DNA of 64,000 bases from an uncultured Actinomycetota bacterium (GCA_963743915.1 CAVURN010000001.1:544001-608000), one strand, 5' to 3'; positions 42,809-54,248 are shown, counted from the stretch's first letter. A program made the numbers and translations. Notes: generated from the sequence alone by a model not told the origin.

Positions 42809-45322
42809 ATGTCTCTCGACTTCGCTGACATCAACCCAGCCGCTGCCAAGGCCGCCGACACCTCGTCGTCTGCCGATCTGCCGTCCCGAGCCCAGTACGT
42901 GGTGGTCGGGGGCGGGGTCATCGGCACCTCGATCGCCTACCACCTGGCCACCATGGGGGCCACCGACGTCGTGCTGCTGGAGCGCAAGCAGCTGACGTCC
43001 GGCACGACGTGGCACGCCGCGGGGGAGGTGGTCTCCGGAGGCGCGTCGGAGGACCCGCTGTGGATGGCGCGGTACTCCCGCGACCTGTACACCCGGCTCG
43101 AGGAGGAGACCGGCCTGTCGACCGGCTTCAAGCAGGTCGGCTACCTGCAGCTGGCCACGACCGAGCGGCGCGACGAGGCGTACCGGCGGGAGACCGCGTA
43201 CATGCGCTCCACCGGCGTGGACAAGCAGATTCTCTCGCCGAAGGAGATTCTCGACATCGTCCCGATGATGAAGGTCGACGACGTCATCCACGGCTTCTGG
43301 ACGCCGGACGAGGGTCGCGCCAACCCGGTCGACGTGACCATGTCGTTGGCCAAGGGTGCGAAGCAGAAAGGGGTCCGGATCTTCGAGGAGACCGAGGTCA
43401 CCGGCTTCGACGTCTCCGACGGACGGATCCGCGGCGTCCAGACCGAGCGCGGCACCATCGAGTGCGAGAAGGTCGTGCTGGCCGCGGGCCTGTGGGGCCG
43501 CGAGCTTGCGGCGAAAGCAGGCGTCCTGGTGCCGCTGCAGGCGGCGGAGCACTATTACCTGCTCACGGAGCCGATCGAGGGCGTCACGCCGGAGAACGTC
43601 CCCGTGATCGAGGACCCGGAGGCGTACGGCTACTACCGGGAAGAGGGCGGCGGCCTGCTGGTCGGCATGTTCGAGCCGGTCGGGGCCGCCTGGTCGCTCG
43701 ACGGCACGCCCAAGGACTCGGCCTTCGCGGTGCTGCCGCCGGACTGGGACCGGCTCGGTCCCTTCCTCGAGAAGGCGATGCAGCGCTTCCCGGCGCTCGA
43801 GGACGCCGGCATCCGCACGCTCTTCTGCGGCCCCGAGAGCTTCACCGACGACATCTCACCGATGCTCGGCGAGTCGCCGGAGGTCGAGGGGTTCTACCTC
43901 GCGTGCGGCCTGAACTCGGTCGGCATCCTCATGGGCGGTGGCCTCGGCCACGTCATGGCCCAGTGGATGATCGAGGACTACCCGCCGATCGACCTCACCG
44001 AGGTGGCGGTCGACCGCACGCACGAGTTCCAGGCGACGCGGCTGTTCCGCAAGGAGCGCACCGTCGAACGGCTCGGCTTCCTGCTCAACGACCTGTCGTG
44101 GCCCAACGCGATGCCGAAGCAGGGGCGCAACGTCCGCCGTGGCCCGTTCCACGATCAGCACGTCGCTGACGGCGCGTACCTGGTTGCCAGCAACGGCTGG
44201 GAGTACCCCGAGTTCTTCGCCGGCCCCGGCACAACCCCGACAGTCGAGTGGGGGTTCAAGCGCGGTTTGGCGTTCGAGCGCACCGGCGTCGAGCACCTCA
44301 ACACCCGCGAGAACGTCGGCGCCATGGACATGACGATGATGTCGAACTACTTGGTGCAGGGCCCGCACGCGATGCAGGTGCTGAACCGGGTGTGCGCGAA
44401 CAACATCGACACCGCCGTCGGCCGTGTCGTCTACACCCAGTGGCTGGACGAGCGCGGCGGGATCATCGCCGACGTGACGGTGACGCGCCAAGCCGACGAC
44501 CAGTTCATGGTCATCAGCGCCGACAACGTGCACCGGCGACTCCCCGCCTGGATCCGCCGACACACCAGCGAGGGCGAGTTCCTGACGGTCACCGACGTCA
44601 CCAGCGGCTTGGCGCTGCTGACCGTCCAGGGCCCGAAGTCGCGCGAGCTGCTGCAGCGCCTGTCGCCCAACGACTGGTCGAACGAGGCGTTCCCGTTCCT
44701 CACCGCGCAGAAGGTCGAGCTGGGCTACACCCCGCTGTGGGCGCTGCGCGTCACCTATGTCGGTGAGCTGGGCTGGGACCTGCTCATCCCGACCGAGTTC
44801 GGCGCCACCTTGTACGACCAGATCAAGGAGGCCGGCTCCGACCTGGGGTTCATGCCGACGGGTGTCGGCGCACTCTCGACGATGCGCATGGAGAAGTCGT
44901 ACCGCGACATGGGCCACGACATCGACTCGACGGACACCCCGCTGGAGGCTGGTCTCGGATTCGCCGTGGCCTGGGACAAGCCCGGAGGGTTTGTCGGTCG
45001 CGAGGCCCTGCTCAAGCAGAAGGAGGCCGGGCCTTTGAAGAAGCGGTTGGTCAACGTGCTGCTCCAGTCGCCGGAGCACGACCTCATCGGCGCCGAGCCG
45101 ATCTTCATGGACGGGGTTCCGCTCGGCTCGCTCCGCGTCGGTGCGTTCGGCTACACGCTGGGCGCGGCCTGCGGGATCGCCGACATCGAACGCGAGGAGG
45201 GCTTCACGGCCGCTGACATCAACGCCGGCAGCTTCGAGGTCGACATCGCCGGGACGCGGGTTCCGGTCAAGGCGTCTCTGAAGCCGCTCTTCGACGCGGA
45301 GCGCACCCGTCCGCTGTCGTAG
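42809..45322 (+). CDS. GcvT-family FAD-dependent oxidoreductase (sarcosine/dimethylglycine dehydrogenase-like)
   Basis: GGGVIG, SGTTWHAAG, GPESFT, C-terminal THF-binding domain TYVGELGW, MRMEKSY. Confidence 0.92.
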   Translation: MSLDFADINPAAAKAADTSSSADLPSRAQYVVVGGGVIGTSIAYHLATMGATDVVLLERKQLTSGTTWHAAGEVVSGGASEDPLWMARYSRDLYTRLEEETGLSTGFKQVGYLQLATTERRDEAYRRETAYMRSTGVDKQILSPKEILDIVPMMKVDDVIHGFWTPDEGRANPVDVTMSLAKGAKQKGVRIFEETEVTGFDVSDGRIRGVQTERGTIECEKVVLAAGLWGRELAAKAGVLVPLQAAEHYYLLTEPIEGVTPENVPVIEDPEAYGYYREEGGGLLVGMFEPVGAAWSLDGTPKDSAFAVLPPDWDRLGPFLEKAMQRFPALEDAGIRTLFCGPESFTDDISPMLGESPEVEGFYLACGLNSVGILMGGGLGHVMAQWMIEDYPPIDLTEVAVDRTHEFQATRLFRKERTVERLGFLLNDLSWPNAMPKQGRNVRRGPFHDQHVADGAYLVASNGWEYPEFFAGPGTTPTVEWGFKRGLAFERTGVEHLNTRENVGAMDMTMMSNYLVQGPHAMQVLNRVCANNIDTAVGRVVYTQWLDERGGIIADVTVTRQADDQFMVISADNVHRRLPAWIRRHTSEGEFLTVTDVTSGLALLTVQGPKSRELLQRLSPNDWSNEAFPFLTAQKVELGYTPLWALRVTYVGELGWDLLIPTEFGATLYDQIKEAGSDLGFMPTGVGALSTMRMEKSYRDMGHDIDSTDTPLEAGLGFAVAWDKPGGFVGREALLKQKEAGPLKKRLVNVLLQSPEHDLIGAEPIFMDGVPLGSLRVGAFGYTLGAACGIADIEREEGFTAADINAGSFEVDIAGTRVPVKASLKPLFDAERTRPLS

Positions 45323-45389
45323 GGCCCCGACACGGCCGAGCGCCGTGGCGGTGTCCCGAGCACGCTCCTGTCCGTGGTTCCATCGACGC

Positions 45390-45932
45390 ATGCACCTTCG
45401 TCGCACCACCGTGTCGCTCGCCCTTGCCCTCGCGTGCACAGCGCTGGTCTCCTGCGGGTCGGACGCGCCGGCCGCGCCTTCGGCGTCCGACACCGACATC
45501 GACGGCGTCCAGACGTACACCGACCTGTCCCGGGAGCACACCACCGACGCCGTCGACTACCCGCAGAGCCCACCCGTCGGCGGGGACCACGACCCGCAGT
45601 GGGTCGACTGCACGGGGACGGTGTACCCCGAGCCGCTGCGTGACGAGAACGCCGTGCACGCCCTCGAGCACGGAGCGGTGTGGGTCACCTACGACGACAG
45701 TCTCTCGGCCGACGACGTGTCCGCACTCGCAGCGAAGGTGGACGGTGCGCCGTACACCTTCATGAGCCCGTACCCGGGGCAGTCGTCACCCGTGGTGCTG
45801 ACGGCCTGGGGCGTCCAGCTCGGCGTCGACGACACGACGGACCCCCGCATCGACGAGTTCCTCACCGCGTACCGACAGGGCCCCCAGACACCCGAGCCGG
45901 GTGCCACCTGTGAGGCGGGGGAGATGTCGTGA
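45390..45932 (+). CDS. DUF3105 domain lipoprotein
   Basis: Lipobox LVSC; SPPVGGDH, AVHALEHGAVWVTY, PEPGATC. Confidence 0.88.
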   Translation: MHLRRTTVSLALALACTALVSCGSDAPAAPSASDTDIDGVQTYTDLSREHTTDAVDYPQSPPVGGDHDPQWVDCTGTVYPEPLRDENAVHALEHGAVWVTYDDSLSADDVSALAAKVDGAPYTFMSPYPGQSSPVVLTAWGVQLGVDDTTDPRIDEFLTAYRQGPQTPEPGATCEAGEMS

Positions 45933-46538
45933 AGCTGGTGACCACCGCCGTGGCGGCGGTGGCCGCCCTCGTGCTGGGCGCGGTGCTGGGGATCCTGCTC
46001 GGGGGAGAGACGGAGCCGGGCGACACGTCCCCGGAGGCCGGGTTCGCGCGGGACATGTCCGTGCACCACGCGCAGGCGGTCGAGCTGGCCTTCTTGGTGC
46101 GGGACCGCACGGACGACCCGGAGGTGCGAACGATGGCGTACGACATCATCAACACCCAGCGCGCCCAGCTCGGGATGTTCAGCGGGTGGCTGCAGCAGTG
46201 GGACCTCCCGCAGACCTCGGACGCGGCGCCGATGGCATGGACGGACGCGCCGCACGGCATGGACGGCATGGGCAGCATGGAGGTCGAGTCTTACGACGAC
46301 ATGCCGGGCATGGCGTCCGACGCGGACGTGGAGCGACTGCGTCAGGCTGAATGGTGTCGCGGCCGAGGTCGTCTTCCTCGAGCTGATGGTCGAGCACCAC
46401 ACCGGTGGCGTGGAGATGGCCGAGGCGGTGCTGCCGCTCACCGACCGCAGTGAGGTCGACTACCTGGCCCAGACGATCGTCGACGGGCAGTCCGCGGAGA
46501 TCGCCACCATGGAGCAGATGCTCGCCGACCGCACCTGA
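45929..46538 (+). CDS. DUF305 domain protein (ferritin-like); frameshift near 46350
   Basis: FARDMSVHHAQAVE, MPGMAS, then FLELMVEHHTGGVEMA...QSAEI in the next frame. Confidence 0.85.
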
Positions 46539-46548
46539 CCCCCTGCAG

Positions 46549-46598
46549 CGAGTGTGCCGCTGGCGGCCTTGACCTCACCCAGGGGGACACTCGGCGGG
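46549..46598. repeat. CGAGTG...CACTCG hairpin between convergent genes (REP-like or terminator)
   Basis: CGAGTGTGCCGCTGG / CCAGGGGGACACTCG arms, 13/15 match; ends CACTCGGCGGG like the 25948-26032 element. Confidence 0.55.
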
Positions 46599-46600
46599 AG

Positions 46601-47990
46601 TCAGTGGCCGGTGAGGAGGGAGAGGGCCTTGTCCAGGACGCCGGCGTGGCGCCCGGTGCGCTCCTCGCGACGGTCCACCCAGTCGGCGAGCCGGAAGCCG
46701 GAGTTGATGCCGACGAAGCGCAGCGGCTCGGGCTCGAAGTCGCGCGACCGGTGTCCCACCCACGGCAGGGCGGTGAGGTCCGACTCGGTCCCGGTGATGA
46801 GGTCGGTGAGCGTGCGACCGGCGAGGTTGGTCAGCGTGACGCCGTCGCCGGCGTAGCCGCCCGCGGTCGCCAGCCCGGTGACCCGGTCGTGGTGCACCGA
46901 CGCGAACCAGTCGCGGGGAACGCCCAGCACCCCTCCCCATCGATGGGTGACGGCGACGTCGGCGAGCGCGGGAAAGAGCTCGACCAGCGAGCGCCGCAGC
47001 GCGTCGTGGACGCCGCGCGGGTGCTCGTAGGACGGGTCGATGCTCGATCGCCAGTGGTAGGGCGCACCCCGTCCCCCCAGGGCGATCCGCCCGTCGGCGG
47101 TGCGCTGCGCATAGATGAGGAAGCGTCGGTCGTCGTTGAGGGTCTGGCGGTCCCGCCACCCGATTTCGTCCCACAGCGCGTCCGGCAGTGGCTCGGTGGC
47201 GATCATCAGCGAGTAGATGGGTACGAGGCGGCGGTGGTACTCGCGCAGTGAGGCGGTATATCCCTCCAGCGCCCGCACCACCACCTCGGCCCGGACGTCC
47301 CCGTGCTCGGTTCGGGCGACGCCGGGCTCGATCGCCGTGACGGCCGTGCCCTCATGGATGGTCACTCCAAGGCGTTCGACGACCTCGGCAAGCCCGCGCA
47401 CCATGCGGGCGGGGTGGATGGCTGCGCAGTGCGGCGTGTAGAGGCCGCCGAAGACACCATCGGCGTTGATCTGGTCGCGAGCCTGACGGCGGTCCAGCAG
47501 CCGGAGGTCGTCCTCGGACTGGTCCCACGAGCGTGCGTGCTCGAGGTCACGCTGCAGCCGCTCCCACTGCAGCGGCGAGGTGGCGAGTCGGAGGTAGCCG
47601 CCCTTCGCGTAGTGGCCGTCGATGCCCTCGGCCCCCGCCACCTGCCCCACTTCGTCGACGGACGCGTTGGCGGCACGCTGCATGTCCAGAGCGGCGTCGC
47701 GTGAGGACTCCTGCGGCAACCTGCTCCAGACTCATGGGCAGCAGGCCGGACGCCCATCCGCCGTTGCGCCCGGAGGCGCCGAAGCCGGCGAAGGACTTCT
47801 CCAGGACGACGATGCGCAGCGACGGGTCGCGGCGGGCGAGGTAGTACGCCGTCCACAGTCCGGTGAAACCCGCACCCACGATGGCGACGTCCGCCGTGGT
47901 GTGACCGGCCAGTGCAGGCCGGAGGGTCGCCAGGTCCCCCTCGGGAAGGGTGTCGTGCCAGAACGAGGTCGAGCGCGGGTCGACGTCCAT
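46601..47990 (-). CDS. FAD-dependent oxidoreductase (DadA/PuuB-like amine oxidase); frameshift near 47720
   Basis: SFWHD, VGAGFTGLWTAY, GASGRNGG, IHPARMVRGLA, GGYAGDGV. Confidence 0.88.
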
Positions 47991-48007
47991 GATCTCCTCA
48001 TGCTTTT

Positions 48008-48021
48008 CGTATCGCCATACG
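48008..48021. promoter_or_regulatory. Putative TetR operator
   Basis: CGTAT-cgcc-ATACG in the 45-bp divergent spacer. Confidence 0.5.
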
Positions 48022-48035
48022 GTATAACGGAGGCC

Positions 48036-48656
48036 ATGACCGACGTCAAGCGCGGCCGACCGGTGGCCCACGACCGGGACGAGCTGCTGCACGCCGCCCG
48101 CACGGTCGCGGTGGCCCGCGGCTTCGACGCGCTCCGGTTCGCCGACGTGTCCGCGGCCACCGGTGTCCCCGTCAGCTCGCTGCAGTACGCGTTCGGCACG
48201 CGGGACGCACTGGTCCGCGAGGTGCTGCGCTCCGCCGTTGCCGACGAGCTCGGCGCGGCTGAGGGAGGCGATCGACCGCGAGATCGATCCCTGGCGTCGC
48301 ATCGAACGCTTCATCCGCCTCGGGATCTCGATCGAGGACGACCGGAGGCGCGAGGGCTGGTTGCTCTGGATCGAGTACTGGCGTGCGGCCTCGCGCGACC
48401 CGGACCTGCGAGCGGAGTCCTCGGAGATCTCACGTGCCTGGCGAGCACTGCTGACCCGTGCGGTCGAGGACGGCGTCCTGACGGGGCGGTTCACCATCGA
48501 CGGCACACCGGAGGAGGTCGCGGCAGCGCTGGTCGCACTCGTCGACGGACTGTCCCTGCAGGTGGAGGTGGGCGACCGGCGCATGCGGTCGGCCCGGGCC
48601 ATCAAGTCGCGCCACCCGACGCGGCGCGGCGCATCCTCGGGGTGGAGCACCGTTGA
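48036..48656 (+). CDS. TetR family regulator; frameshift near 48255, 3' end uncertain
   Basis: GFDALRFADVSAATGVPVSSLQYAFGTRD; WLLWIEYW, DGLSLQ in the next frame. Confidence 0.8.
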   Translation: MTDVKRGRPVAHDRDELLHAARTVAVARGFDALRFADVSAATGVPVSSLQYAFGTRDALVREVLRSAVADELGAAEGGDRPRDRSLASHRTLHPPRDLDRGRPEARGLVALDRVLACGLARPGPASGVLGDLTCLASTADPCGRGRRPDGAVHHRRHTGGGRGSAGRTRRRTVPAGGGGRPAHAVGPGHQVAPPDAARRILGVEHR

Positions 48657-49492
48657 CCGCGATCGTCCTCGCCCTGGTCTCGTCAGTGGCCTACGGGCTG
48701 ACCGACTTCCTCGGTGGCCTCGCTGCGCGCCGCACGCACATCTTCCTGCTGGGGTCGCTGACCCAGCCGCTCGGCCTGGTCGTCCTGCTGCTCCTCGTGC
48801 CGTGGACCGGCGGCGAGCTGAGCCCGGAGGTCTGGTTCTGGGGCCTGGTGTCCGGAATCGGGGGAGCCCTCGCCTACGTGACGCTCTTCCGGGCGCTGGC
48901 CATCGGTCCGATGAGCGTGGCCTCGCCGGTCTCCGCCCTCGTCGCGGTGGTGCTGCCCGTCATCGCGGGGGTGGTGTTCGGTGAGCGCCTGCCGCTGCTG
49001 GGATGGATCGGGATCGCTGTGGGCATGGTCTCGGTGCTGATGGTCAGCCAGGTGCACGAGGACGCGCCGCATCCTGTCAGCCTCAGGGTCCTGCTCCTGT
49101 CCATCGCGGCGGGCGTCTTCATCTCGGTCTTCCTCGTGGCCCTGGAGCGCGCGCCGGAGGACAGCGGCCTCTGGCCACTGGTCGTCGTGCGCATCGTGAC
49201 GTCGACCCTGCTGGTCGGTGCTGCGCTCGCCTCGCGGGTGCTGGCGCGCCCGCCCCGTGACGTCCTGTGGCTCGGTGCCACCTCCACCCTGCTCGACGTC
49301 GCGGCGACGGCCGCCTTCATGCTGGCCACGCGCGAGGGGCTGCTGACGGTGGTCGCGGTGATCACCGCGCTCTACCCGGCTGCCACCGTGATCATGGCGC
49401 GGGTGATGCTCAAGGAGCACCTGCAGGTCCTGCAGCGGGTCGGCCTGGGGCTGGCGGTGGCGTCGGTGACCGTCCTGGCGACCGTGGCGTAG
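48653..49492 (+). CDS. EamA/DMT family transporter
   Basis: About 10 TM, GPMSVASP, ALYPAATV, LKEHL. Confidence 0.88.
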   Translation: MTAIVLALVSSVAYGLTDFLGGLAARRTHIFLLGSLTQPLGLVVLLLLVPWTGGELSPEVWFWGLVSGIGGALAYVTLFRALAIGPMSVASPVSALVAVVLPVIAGVVFGERLPLLGWIGIAVGMVSVLMVSQVHEDAPHPVSLRVLLLSIAAGVFISVFLVALERAPEDSGLWPLVVVRIVTSTLLVGAALASRVLARPPRDVLWLGATSTLLDVAATAAFMLATREGLLTVVAVITALYPAATVIMARVMLKEHLQVLQRVGLGLAVASVTVLATVA

Positions 49493-49535
49493 CCGTGGTG
49501 GTGAAGGTGCGGTCCCATTCAGCCGATGAGGTCCT

Positions 49536-49964
49536 GTGACCCCGCACCCGGCCGTGCGCATCATGGTCGTCGACGACTCCGCGACGATCCGGGACCTGAT
49601 CGCCCTCAACCTCAGCCTGGAGGGGTACGACGTCGTCACCGCCGAGGACGGCGAGGAGTGCCTGCGTCAGCTCGCCGACGTCCTGGAGGGGCGTGCCCCG
49701 CTCCCGCAGCTGCTGATGCTGGACGTCGTCATGCCCGGCCTGGACGGTGTCGAGCTGACCGCGCGACTGAAGGCGACACCGGCCGTGCAGCACATCCCGA
49801 TCCTGATCGTGAGCGCGTCGGCACAACGGCGTGACTTCGAGCTGGCGCAGGGGCGGGCGCCGACGGGTACCTGACCAAGCCGTTCGACCCCGACGAGCTG
49901 CTGGCAGAGGTCGAGCGGCTGTTGGCCCTCGCCCCGACGCCCGAGCGTCGACGCCAGCCCCTGA
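49536..49964 (+). CDS. Single-domain response regulator receiver; frameshift near 49855, end approximate
   Basis: VVDD, LDVVMPGLDG, VSA, then ADGYLTKPFDP in the shifted frame. Confidence 0.8.
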
Positions 49965-49977
49965 GAGGATCGACGGC

Positions 49978-50339
49978 GTGGAGCTCCTCGCCGTCGTCCT
50001 GTCCCTGGTGCTGACCCTGGCCACCGTTCTGGTCGGCATGGCCAAGGTGCAGCACCTGCCGGCGTCCCAGCAGGTACGCGACGCACGCAGCGGTGTCCGT
50101 CCCGGGTGTGGCTGCTCTCCGGCTGGGTCGAGCTCGTCGCGGCTGCGTGCGTCGTCGTGGGGGTGTTCGCCGTGCATGCGCTCGCAGTGGCGGCAGCGGC
50201 ACTGCTCGCGCTCGACTTCGCCACTCTGGCCCTGCGTCAGTTCACCCGACCGGGTCCCGGCGCGTCTGCCGTGCCTGCCCTTGTGCTGTCGGTGCTCGCC
50301 CTGAGCGTCGTCATCACGATCAGTGTTGCCGGACTGTGA
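49978..50339 (+). CDS. DoxX-like small membrane protein; frameshift near 50090
   Basis: GMAKV, GWVELVAA, four hydrophobic segments. Confidence 0.6.
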
Positions 50340-50382
50340 GGGCCGCACGACCGAACCCGGCACCGCTCACTACCCTTGACCA

Positions 50383-52050
50383 ATGACCCCTGCCGAGCTC
50401 TCCACCGCGTTGCTGTCGGCTCTCGACGCCGCGGCGGCTGCCGGTGACCTTCAGCTGCCGGCCGACGGACGCCCGAGCTCGGTCACGGTGGAGCGACCGC
50501 GATCGGCGGAGCACGGTGACTACGCGACGAACCTCGCCCTGCAGCTGGCCAAGACGGTCGGCCGGCCCCCGCGCGAGGTCGCCCAGGTGCTGGCCCCGCA
50601 CATCGCGGCGCTGCCCGGCATCGCCGCTGTCGACATCGCCGGTCCTGGCTTCCTCAACCTCACCCTGGACGCGGCTGCGCAGGGTGAGCTCGCGCGGACG
50701 GTGGTGCACGCAGGTGCCGCGTTCGGGACCAACACGTCGATGTCCGGTCGACGCATCAACCTCGAGTTCGTGTCCGCGAACCCGACCGGGCCGATCCACA
50801 TGGGCGGCACGCGGTGGGCGGCGGTCGGCGACTCGCTGGCCCGGGTGCTGGCGGCGAACGGTGCCGACGTCGAGCGCGAGTACTACTTCAACGACCACGG
50901 TGCGCAGATCGACCGTTTCGCCCGGTCGCTGCTCGCTCGTGCCCGTGGGCGCGAGGTCCCCGAGGACGGCTACGCCGGTCAGTACATCGACGACCTGGCG
51001 GAGCGGATCGCGCGCGAGCACCCCGAAGTCCTGACGCTCGACGACCACGATGCCCAGGAGCAGTTCCGCGCGCACGGCGTGGCGCTGATGTTCGACGAGA
51101 TCAAGCAGAGCCTGTCCGACTTCGGGGTCGAGTTCGACGTGTACTTCCACGAGAACTCGCTCCACGAGTCCGGCGCGGTGCAGCACGCCGTCGACCGGCT
51201 GCGCGAGCTCGGACACATCTACGAGCAGGACGGCGCGGTCTGGCTCCGCACCACGACATTCGGTGACGACAAGGACCGCGTCGTCATCAAGAGTGACGGC
51301 AACGCCGCCTACATCTCCGGCGACCTCGCCTACTACCTCGACAAGCGCGAGCGTGGGTTCGACCAGGTCATCATCATGCTGGGAGCGGACCATCACGGCT
51401 ATGTCGGTCGGATGATGGCGATGTGCCAGTGCTTCGGCGATGTCCCGCACGAGAACCTCGAGATCCTCATCGGTCAGATGGTCAACCTCATGCGCGAGGG
51501 TCAGCCGCTGCGCATGAGCAAACGTGCGGGCACGGTGGTGACGATGGAGGACCTCGTCGACGCCGTTGGTGTGGACGCGGCACGCTACGCACTCGCGCGC
51601 TCCAGTGCCGACTCCAGCATCGACATCGACCTCGACCTGCTCGCTCGGAAGACCAACGACAACCCGGTCTTCTACGTCCAGTACGCGCACGCACGCATCT
51701 CGTCGCTGCTCCGCAATGCCGCTGACCTCGGGTTGACCGTCGACCTCGACTCCTTCGACCCTTCCCTGCTCACGGACGAGCGTGAGGGCGACCTGCTGGG
51801 GGCGATCGGTGAGTTCCCGCGGGTCGTGGCGAGCGCGGGTGAGCTGCGCGAGCCGCACCGGGTCGCGCGGTACCTCGAGGGGCTGGCCACCGCGTACCAC
51901 AAGTTCTACGACTCGTGCCGGGTGCTGCCCCGGGGTGACGAGGAGCCGGCGCCGATCCACAGCGCGCGACTGGTTCTCTGCTCCGCGACGCGTCAGGTCA
52001 TCGCCAACGGACTCGCGCTGATCGGCGTCTCGGCACCGGAGCGGATGTAG
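50383..52050 (+). CDS. argS: Arginine--tRNA ligase
   Basis: [40 protein letters not shown]. Confidence 0.97.
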   Translation: MTPAELSTALLSALDAAAAAGDLQLPADGRPSSVTVERPRSAEHGDYATNLALQLAKTVGRPPREVAQVLAPHIAALPGIAAVDIAGPGFLNLTLDAAAQGELARTVVHAGAAFGTNTSMSGRRINLEFVSANPTGPIHMGGTRWAAVGDSLARVLAANGADVEREYYFNDHGAQIDRFARSLLARARGREVPEDGYAGQYIDDLAERIAREHPEVLTLDDHDAQEQFRAHGVALMFDEIKQSLSDFGVEFDVYFHENSLHESGAVQHAVDRLRELGHIYEQDGAVWLRTTTFGDDKDRVVIKSDGNAAYISGDLAYYLDKRERGFDQVIIMLGADHHGYVGRMMAMCQCFGDVPHENLEILIGQMVNLMREGQPLRMSKRAGTVVTMEDLVDAVGVDAARYALARSSADSSIDIDLDLLARKTNDNPVFYVQYAHARISSLLRNAADLGLTVDLDSFDPSLLTDEREGDLLGAIGEFPRVVASAGELREPHRVARYLEGLATAYHKFYDSCRVLPRGDEEPAPIHSARLVLCSATRQVIANGLALIGVSAPERM

Positions 52051-52055
52051 TCGTC

Positions 52056-52319
52056 ATGGCTGAGCCGGCACGGCGCGTGAAGGTGACTCCCACGATGATC
52101 CTGTGGATCGCGCTGGCCCTGCTGGCCGTCGTCCTGGTGCTCCAGAACTCGGCCGACACCACGATCCAGGTTCTCGGCTGGACCATCCAGGCGCCGCTCT
52201 TCGTGGTGCTTGTGGCCGCCATGCTGATCGGATGGGGACTCGGGATCCTCGGTACGCAGGCGTGGTCCTGGCGCAGGCGTCGGATCACGCGTCGTGAGGG
52301 TGACGCGACCGAGTCCTGA
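52056..52319 (+). CDS. LapA/DUF1049-type small membrane protein
   Basis: TM-LQN...LGW...PL-TM pattern. Confidence 0.7.
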   Translation: MAEPARRVKVTPTMILWIALALLAVVLVLQNSADTTIQVLGWTIQAPLFVVLVAAMLIGWGLGILGTQAWSWRRRRITRREGDATES

Positions 52320-52363
52320 GGGACCGCACTACTCTCGTCGCTCCACCACACGAGGAGTCAGCG

Positions 52364-53777
52364 ATGCGCGCGCACCCGGCCGGTCCTCGACACGGCGATC
52401 TCGTCAGCGATGCCCTGCCGGCGGCCCCGCCACCGGACCTGAACGCGATCGATGCGCTCGTATGGCCCACCGGTATGTCGCGGGCTCCCGCTGGAGAGCT
52501 TCGCCTGCATGACCGAGCGGTGACCGAGCTGACCGCCTCCCATGGCACCCCGCTGTTCCTGCTGGACGCCGAGGACTTCCGCCGGCGCGCGCAGGGCCTA
52601 CGTCGACGCATTCACCGGATCCGACGTCTACTACGCGAGCAAGGCATTCACCAGCGTCGAGCTCGTCCGTTGGCTGGCGGAGGAGCGTGTCGGGCTCGAC
52701 GTGGCCAGCGGTGGTGAGCTCGCCGTCGCTGAACGTGCGGGCTTCCCGATGGAGCGGGTGCTCTTCCACGGCAACAACAAGTCGGTCGACGAGCTCACCC
52801 GCGCGGTCAGTGGTGGCGTCGGGCGGATCGTCATCGACTCGACGGAGGAGATCCGCCGGCTGGCCAGGTGCGCCGAGGACGCGGGGATCCGCCAGCGCGT
52901 CCTGGTGCGGGTGACGGTCGGGGTCGAGGCGCACACCCACGAGTTCATCGCGACGGCGCACGAGGACCAGAAGTTCGGCTTCTCGCTCGCGTCGGGGGCC
53001 GCAGCGCGGGCGATCGAGCTGGTGCTGCTGCAGCCCTCGCTGGAGCTGGTAGGGATCCACTCGCACATCGGGTCCCAGATCTTCGACACCTCCGGCTTCG
53101 AGGTCGCCGCACACCGCGCGGTCGGACTCATCGCCGAATTGCGGGCGCGGCACGGCATCGAGCTCGCGGAGCTCAACCTCGGAGGAGGGCTCGGCATCGC
53201 CTACGTCAGCTCCGACGACCCGGCGGACGTCACCGCGGTGGCGGAGAGCCTGCGCAGCATCGTGGAGCGCGAGTGCAGGGCCCACGGCCTCGCCGTCCCC
53301 CGCCTGGCCGTGGAGCCGGGCCGTGCGCTGGTCGGCCCGAGCATGGTCACCCTCTACGAGGTGGGAACGGTCAAGGAGGTCGCGCTGGACGCCGGGGCGT
53401 CCCGCACCTACGTCAGCGTCGACGGCGGGATGAGCGACAACCCGCGTACCGCCCTCTACAACGCCGACTACACCGCGGCCGTCGCCGACCGGCACTCCGA
53501 CGCCGCACCCATGCTCGGCCGGGTCGTGGGCAAGCACTGCGAGAGCGGAGACATCGTGGTGCGCGATGCCTGGCTGCCCGACGACGTGCGCGCCGGTGAT
53601 CTGCTCGCGGTGGCGGCGACGGGGGCCTACTGCCGCAGCATGGCGTCGTCGTACAACCTGCTCGCCCGACCTCCGGTGGTGGCGGTGCTGCCCGACGGCA
53701 CTGAGCAGGTGCTGATTCGGCGCGAGACCGAGGACGACCTGCTGGCGCTCGACCTGGGAGCGTCCCCGCGGCGCTAA
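52364..53777 (+). CDS. lysA: Diaminopimelate decarboxylase; frameshift near 52590
   Basis: MRAHPAG, YASKAF (PLP Lys), [25 protein letters not shown]. Confidence 0.95.
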
Positions 53778-53816
53778 GGTCCATGACGGACGGTGGGACT
53801 GATACTCGGAGGTCAC

Positions 53817-54248
53817 ATGCATCGCGCGATGGTCCTGCTGTGGATCGGCATCGGGCTGCCGTTCGTCCTGACCATCGTCGTGGGAGGGCCCGATGGCCTG
53901 GCGCCGCACCTGCTGTTCCACCTGGTCTACACCGCGCTGCTGATCGTGGGTCTCATCGGTGCGCTACTCCTCTGGACCGCGACCCCGGTGCGCGTGATGC
54001 GTGGCCTCGCGGTCGCTCTGGCCCTTGTATCCGTCGGCGCGATCGCAGGCAACGTCGGGGAGGCCGTTGCCGTCGCGCAGCACGGGGGGCTGGAGGCCGG
54101 GGACGCGGTCTACGACGTCGCCCTGCACGCCGACAGTGCGCGCATCACCCCTCTGGCGATCATGCTCTCTGTGTTCCTGCTGGCGGTGACGACGATCGTC
54201 GCCACCCGGCTCGACCGTCGCGGTGCCCTCGTCGTGACCCGCCCCTGA
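53817..54248 (+). CDS. Hypothetical 4-TM membrane protein
   Basis: GGAGG RBS; four hydrophobic helices with several His. Confidence 0.65.
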   Translation: MHRAMVLLWIGIGLPFVLTIVVGGPDGLAPHLLFHLVYTALLIVGLIGALLLWTATPVRVMRGLAVALALVSVGAIAGNVGEAVAVAQHGGLEAGDAVYDVALHADSARITPLAIMLSVFLLAVTTIVATRLDRRGALVVTRP

